Below are positions 59,504 through 64,000 of a stretch of DNA of 64,000 bases, one piece after another. The stretch is from Minisyncoccota bacterium. Its GTDB lineage: Bacteria; Patescibacteriota; Minisyncoccia; Phycocordibacterales; UBA918. Where the stretch lies: NCBI GenBank assembly GCA_041389025.1, contig JAWKSP010000001.1:542663-606662 (forward strand), written 5' to 3'. The notes beneath the pieces were generated by a model that saw nothing but the letters and a program-made list of their open reading frames with translations, had not been told where the DNA came from and did not search any database. The stretch's first letter is position 1. Each line of letters begins with the position of its first letter. A program made the position numbers and the translations under genes.

Positions 59504-60874
59504 TTAACCACCTCCCAAAACATTTATATCACCCTGCAATCTAGCCTTCCTATTCATTACTTGATCACCATAGAAAGCATTAGCAGGATTGTTAGCACCA
59601 CCCCAACCAGCATAGTAACGCAAAGCCGCTAAGCGATCACCATTATAGGTACCATTAGCACCATTATCCCTAAGCAATAAAGCGGTAGCCAAAAAAGCAT
59701 CTTGGTTATTAAACGGATTAGCCGGACTGTGACTACTATTCATTCTCCTTATAGCATCAGCCGATTCACTATAAGTCCAAACCCCGCCATTATTTACAAT
59801 TCCCCCATAAATAGCCCAAGTTGATGGTATAAATTGTGAAGGCCCCATTGCCCCACCCCAACCATAACGCTCACCATTACTAGTTATTGGACAAGATACT
59901 TGTCGACTATTAGGATCAAAGCCAACCGCTTTTGCTACTGCCAAAAAAACTGGCGCGTCACGATCTGGATGCATAACTGCCTTTCCACCTCGCATATCAT
60001 TATAAAGACAACTTCCCAAGTGAGAACCAAGATTTGTTTCTTGTTCTAAGATCGCCAGAATAGTAGCTGCCTGCACACCCGTTTGCCCTTCAGCATATTT
60101 AGCCAACTTAACCGCTTCTGGAAAAGGTATACCTCCTCCCCCACCAAGCAAATCAAACAATTGACTTCGTAATTGAGCAGCGGTTTTTTGTTGTGATTCT
60201 AATAGACGTTGATAGGCCTGCTCTTCTCCTTTAGTAACTGTTAGAATATTAGCTTTCTCTTTTTCTTGTTTTTCAATTTCTTGTTTTTCAATTTCTTGAA
60301 TCCTTTTCATTTCAGCTTCGGTTTCTTGTTTCGACTCTAATTCATTCTTTTGCTCAAAAGTGTCAGTCTTTATTTCATGAAGAACTGCCAAGGATTCATT
60401 TAATGATTCTTTCAACGATTGATAAGTAGCCACATCAGAAAAAAAATCAGAAAAAGTTTTCTTACTTAAAACCACTTCAACTAAAGTGTAATCTTTTAGA
60501 TTGGCTGACTTACGAATCAAATCTGCCAAGGATTCTTTTTGTTTACGTTGCTTATCTTCAAGAATTTCTATCACCTCTTCTTTTTCATCAATCTGAAATG
60601 TTATCTGTTTTATTGCTACTGAACGAGCCTGAATACCAAGTTGAGCTTTTTTAATCTGTCCGTCAATAATTTCAATGTCTCGTTCTAATGACTGTCTCTC
60701 TAACTGTTTATCTTCTACTAAGCGTTGTTGTGTCAAAATCTGCCTCTCGACATTCTGTAACTCTGATTCTAACCTAGCCCTTCTTTCCTTCTCAGTTTCA
60801 GCATTTAAAACTGGAACTGAATAACTACAAAAAATAGTTATAACTAGACTTAAAGTTAACGCTTTTCGCATCAT
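59504..60874 (-). CDS. Secreted peptidoglycan lytic-transglycosylase-like protein with a long N-terminal coiled-coil domain
   Basis: Signal peptide, ~200-aa heptad-rich region, and a C-terminal domain with GWGGAMGPSQFIPSTW (LT GxMQFxPxT-like) motif. Confidence 0.55.
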   Translation of the reverse strand: MMRKALTLSLVITIFCSYSVPVLNAETEKERRARLESELQNVERQILTQQRLVEDKQLERQSLERDIEIIDGQIKKAQLGIQARSVAIKQITFQIDEKEEVIEILEDKQRKQKESLADLIRKSANLKDYTLVEVVLSKKTFSDFFSDVATYQSLKESLNESLAVLHEIKTDTFEQKNELESKQETEAEMKRIQEIEKQEIEKQEKEKANILTVTKGEEQAYQRLLESQQKTAAQLRSQLFDLLGGGGGIPFPEAVKLAKYAEGQTGVQAATILAILEQETNLGSHLGSCLYNDMRGGKAVMHPDRDAPVFLAVAKAVGFDPNSRQVSCPITSNGERYGWGGAMGPSQFIPSTWAIYGGIVNNGGVWTYSESADAIRRMNSSHSPANPFNNQDAFLATALLLRDNGANGTYNGDRLAALRYYAGWGGANNPANAFYGDQVMNRKARLQGDINVLGGG

Positions 60875-60964
60875 GGCTATACATTATAACAGACGTAACA
60901 TAAAGCAACTACTTACAAACAAATTATTATTTTAAAAATCAATACAATGTTACAATTATTGTGT

Positions 60965-61969
60965 ATGTCAGAAAAATATGATTTTGTCGCTGTCGGAGAC
61001 ATTGTTACCGACGCTTTTATTCAGTTAAACATAGATGCTGCCGATGTCAGCAAAGATATGGACACCGGTCGTCAGACCTTACATATGCCATTTGGTAGTA
61101 AGCTACCTTATGATGACGTTACGGTAGTTAGTGCAGTTGGTAATTCGCCAAATGCCGCTGTATCAGCCCATAGGTTAGGTTTGAAATCTGCTTTGGTAAC
61201 CAACCTCGGACAAGATCGTAACGGTAAAGATTGTCTGGAAGCTTTGCGTAACGAAGGTGTACACACTGATTTTGTTAAACTACACGAAGGTAAAAATTCT
61301 AATTATCATTATGTTTTACGATATGGTCCGGAAAGAACAATTCTTATCAAACATGAAACTTTCCCTTACTCATTACCAGATTTCGTTGAACCACCACGGT
61401 ATTTATATTTCTCATCAATTGGTGAACACGGGGTTGATTTTCATCACGAAATAGCTTCTTATATTAAAAATAATGAGACAAAATTAGTATTTCAACCAGG
61501 AACGTTTCAATTAAATTTAGGCTATGAAGCACTGAAGGATCTTTACGAAGTAACTGATATCTTCTTTTGTAATAAAGAAGAGGCACAACAACTTTTGAAC
61601 AGCACTGAAGGTAATATCCCTACTCTAATCAGAAAATTAAAAGAGTTTGGTTTAAATTTACCGGTAGTTACTGATGGTCCAAACGGCGCTTATGTAGTAG
61701 ATGAAGAAAATCAAGCTTGGCACATGCCTATGTATCCAGATCCAAAACCACCGGTTGACCGAACCGGAGCCGGAGACTCTTTCTCTTCCACCTTTACCTC
61801 CGCTATCGCACTTGGAAAAACTCCGGCTGAAGCCCTGTCCTGGGGACCAATCAACTCTATGTCAGTTGTTCAACACATTGGTGCACAAGCCGGATTATTA
61901 AGTCGTGACCAATTGTTAAAATACCTTGAAGAAAAGCCAACTGATTACGAGGCTAAAAAAGTTGATTAA
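60965..61969 (+). CDS. PfkB-family carbohydrate kinase (ribokinase-like)
   Basis: N-terminal VAVGDIVTD and C-terminal DRTGAGDSFSSTF (PfkB signature 2). Confidence 0.8.
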   Translation: MSEKYDFVAVGDIVTDAFIQLNIDAADVSKDMDTGRQTLHMPFGSKLPYDDVTVVSAVGNSPNAAVSAHRLGLKSALVTNLGQDRNGKDCLEALRNEGVHTDFVKLHEGKNSNYHYVLRYGPERTILIKHETFPYSLPDFVEPPRYLYFSSIGEHGVDFHHEIASYIKNNETKLVFQPGTFQLNLGYEALKDLYEVTDIFFCNKEEAQQLLNSTEGNIPTLIRKLKEFGLNLPVVTDGPNGAYVVDEENQAWHMPMYPDPKPPVDRTGAGDSFSSTFTSAIALGKTPAEALSWGPINSMSVVQHIGAQAGLLSRDQLLKYLEEKPTDYEAKKVD

Positions 61970-61991
61970 ATTATTTTAGGCACTAGATTAG

Positions 61992-62028
61992 CAAAACGCC
62001 GGCTTTAGCCGGCGTTTTGGTTTTTTTA
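61992..62028. terminator. Intrinsic terminator hairpin (CAAAACGCCGGC-TTTA-GCCGGCGTTTTG followed by a T-run)
   Basis: 12-bp perfect stem between convergent genes. Confidence 0.65.
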
Positions 62029-62047
62029 AGTCATCCAAAATGTATAA

Positions 62048-64000
62048 CTATTGTAACTTAACCATCGTCACCCCAAAACCTGTTGGTATGTAAGCTATAC
62101 CATTATCGATTGTTAGACCTAAGGCTCCTGAAACAGGATAGGTTTTAACTAATTTAGGATTATTTTTATCTGTAATAGACACCGCCTGCAGATTTGAAGC
62201 TGTTGCAGCATATACTTTACCACTGTAGTACTCAACACTTTTGTAAGGCATTGATGAAGTGAATTTACCTAATATAGAGGGAGGGCCAGATCTGTGAATA
62301 CTGTTGGTTAAAGATACTGACTCTGAAACAATTAGACCATTATTCACAGCAACATACATACCTCCACCTGTAACATCATTAGCCGGACCAGTTTGTAGAT
62401 TTGTCACTGGTACAATCTTAGACAAATTTCTCAAGTCGAAAGCTTCCGGACTTTCTATACCACCATATACAAAAGCTACATTATTCGATATATGGACTCC
62501 ATTAGCGGTATTGTTTCGTAAAGTAGCTACCCCAGCCTTACTAGGTTTTGTTGGATCAGAAACATCCCAAACTTCAAGACCAAAAGATCCAATTATATAC
62601 GCATAGTTACCTGCTACTGTAATACTTTTAGCTTTAGAAGCTCCTGCTATTCCTAAGACTTTTGGTTTAGAAGGATTTGAGATATCAATAATGAACAAAC
62701 GATATTCGGTAGTAACATAAGCCTTTGTACCAGAAACAAAAACATTTCTAGATTTATTTTGAATAGATTGAGACATCGAATCATCAGTAAGCTTCAAACT
62801 AGACAAAACTTTAGGGGAAGAAACATTTGAAATATCTACAACCTTAATACCATCTGTACCCACAGTCACTACCATAATATTTCCGTTAACCCCTACATCT
62901 ATCGGCATATCTGCTCCGGTAATATTAAATTTAGCTATCGAATTGGAAGGAAAGGTGGAAGACATTGTGTTAGTAATACTAGTGCTACCACTCTGTTTAG
63001 CAAGTAGACTGTTTAATAAATCTGTAAGGGTTCTTAGTAAGTCCAGTAATTCATTGTAACTTAAGTTAGATAAATTATTATTTACACTCAAATTGTTACC
63101 GATATTGGCTACTCCGTTGCTGGTGTTACCGGAAGCGGTTCCGCTACCGCAGCCACTGGTACAGGTTACAGTCATACCACGCCAGGTTGAATACCAAGGA
63201 ATAGTAGTAACTCCATTATTGTTACCAGAGCGGTAGTTATTAAAGCAACCGGCGTCAACCACAGACAAAGTGGCTCTAGTTCCAGCAGGGGCACCAAGGT
63301 AAGCAGCGATTTTACCTAAATTTGAACCAGTTGTGAAAGGTCCTGTGCCATAGACACTACCAAGAGTGGTGGCTGTAACAGTCTGAGAGACGGGAGCCGA
63401 ATCACCGAGACAGTGGGTGGCTACTGGTTGTGGGGTTTGAGAAGTAGTGTTAGTGGTGTTAGTTGTTCCAGTGGTGGTGTTGTTAGTATTGTTAGTAGTG
63501 GTGGTGTTGGCAGTGCCTGAACTTGGAGTATATGAATAATTCTGTCCTGAGTACTCACAATCGTTTCCGATACACAGAGTAGTCATAGTCACCTTCATGT
63601 TTAGTTTGTAGTCCGGCTGATTTAGATATTCGGTGGTGGTTATGCCACTTCTAGTGGTTGAGGGATAGCTGTTTCCACACCGATCCCTGTTTGTATTAAT
63701 GGTTGAAAAAGAGAGTTGAACGATACTACCTACCGGAGCTCCCAGATAAGTAGCGATAGCACCTAGGTCTGAGTCAGTACTGAAAAAAGGTCCATTACTA
63801 AACACCGTACCAGACGATTTCGCTTTAACCACATGATTACCAGTTACCGCTGTGTTACCTAAATAAACCCAACAATTACTACTGGCAAGACGACCTTCAT
63901 AGTCATTTACGTTAATGTTAATTTTATTACTCCATGGACTACAGCCACTGTTGTTACACTGTCTTACCGAGACTTCGTTGTCACCTATTTTAAAACCGTT
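62048..64000 (-). CDS. Partial (N-terminus off the window): secreted repeat protein with LVIVD-type beta-propeller repeats and a Thr/Asn-rich linker
   Basis: The reading frame stays open upstream to base 64000; the listed ORF starts at an internal GTG. Repeats such as AYVTTEYRLFIIDISNPSKPKVLG and AYIIGSFGLEVWDVSDPTKPSKAG. TTTTNNTNNTTTGTTNTTNTT linker. Confidence 0.6.
   Translation of the reverse strand, partial: NGFKIGDNEVSVRQCNNSGCSPWSNKININVNDYEGRLASSNCWVYLGNTAVTGNHVVKAKSSGTVFSNGPFFSTDSDLGAIATYLGAPVGSIVQLSFSTINTNRDRCGNSYPSTTRSGITTTEYLNQPDYKLNMKVTMTTLCIGNDCEYSGQNYSYTPSSGTANTTTTNNTNNTTTGTTNTTNTTSQTPQPVATHCLGDSAPVSQTVTATTLGSVYGTGPFTTGSNLGKIAAYLGAPAGTRATLSVVDAGCFNNYRSGNNNGVTTIPWYSTWRGMTVTCTSGCGSGTASGNTSNGVANIGNNLSVNNNLSNLSYNELLDLLRTLTDLLNSLLAKQSGSTSITNTMSSTFPSNSIAKFNITGADMPIDVGVNGNIMVVTVGTDGIKVVDISNVSSPKVLSSLKLTDDSMSQSIQNKSRNVFVSGTKAYVTTEYRLFIIDISNPSKPKVLGIAGASKAKSITVAGNYAYIIGSFGLEVWDVSDPTKPSKAGVATLRNNTANGVHISNNVAFVYGGIESPEAFDLRNLSKIVPVTNLQTGPANDVTGGGMYVAVNNGLIVSESVSLTNSIHRSGPPSILGKFTSSMPYKSVEYYSGKVYAATASNLQAVSITDKNNPKLVKTYPVSGALGLTIDNGIAYIPTGFGVTMVKLQ

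Noticed and set aside
1-64000. CRISPR arrays, transposases, integrases, phage genes, rRNA genes
   Set aside because: No regularly spaced direct repeats, no DDE/tyrosine-recombinase-like ORFs and no rRNA-like conserved stretches were seen. The tRNA-Thr duplications are not accompanied by an integrase.

Overview
The window is a gene-dense chromosomal segment from a low-GC bacterium that looks genome-reduced. Most genes are core information-processing genes: rpoB, rpoC, rpoD, dnaG, dnaE, gyrB, thrS, pheS, pheT, rpsB, tsf, prfA, rpmE, rpmF, rpsP, trmD, rnc, nusB, rnhB, an RNase R and an SMC-like ATPase. Several are shorter than usual (PheS, PheT, EF-Ts, ThrRS, SMC), and some expected neighbours (rplS, pyrH, frr, rimM) are absent. 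This pattern is reminiscent of Patescibacteria/CPR, but that is inference only. Accessory content: two DsbA-like oxidoreductases; a RelE/RHH toxin-antitoxin pair; two tandem type IV pilin genes; a sortase next to a 1211-aa repeat-rich surface protein; a processive GT2 glycosyltransferase with a membrane partner gene; a lytic-transglycosylase-like secreted protein; an LVIVD-type repeat protein that runs off the 3' edge; and a single-chain UvrD-helicase/Cas4-like Fe-S nuclease fusion. RNA features: one intact tRNA-Thr(UGU) flanked by degenerate tRNA-Thr copies; a T-box-like antiterminator/terminator leader upstream of thrS; and an ~870-nt ORF-free region that looks like a promoter-to-terminator non-coding unit of unknown family. 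Many intrinsic terminators are long perfect palindromes. I saw no CRISPR array, transposase or integrase.
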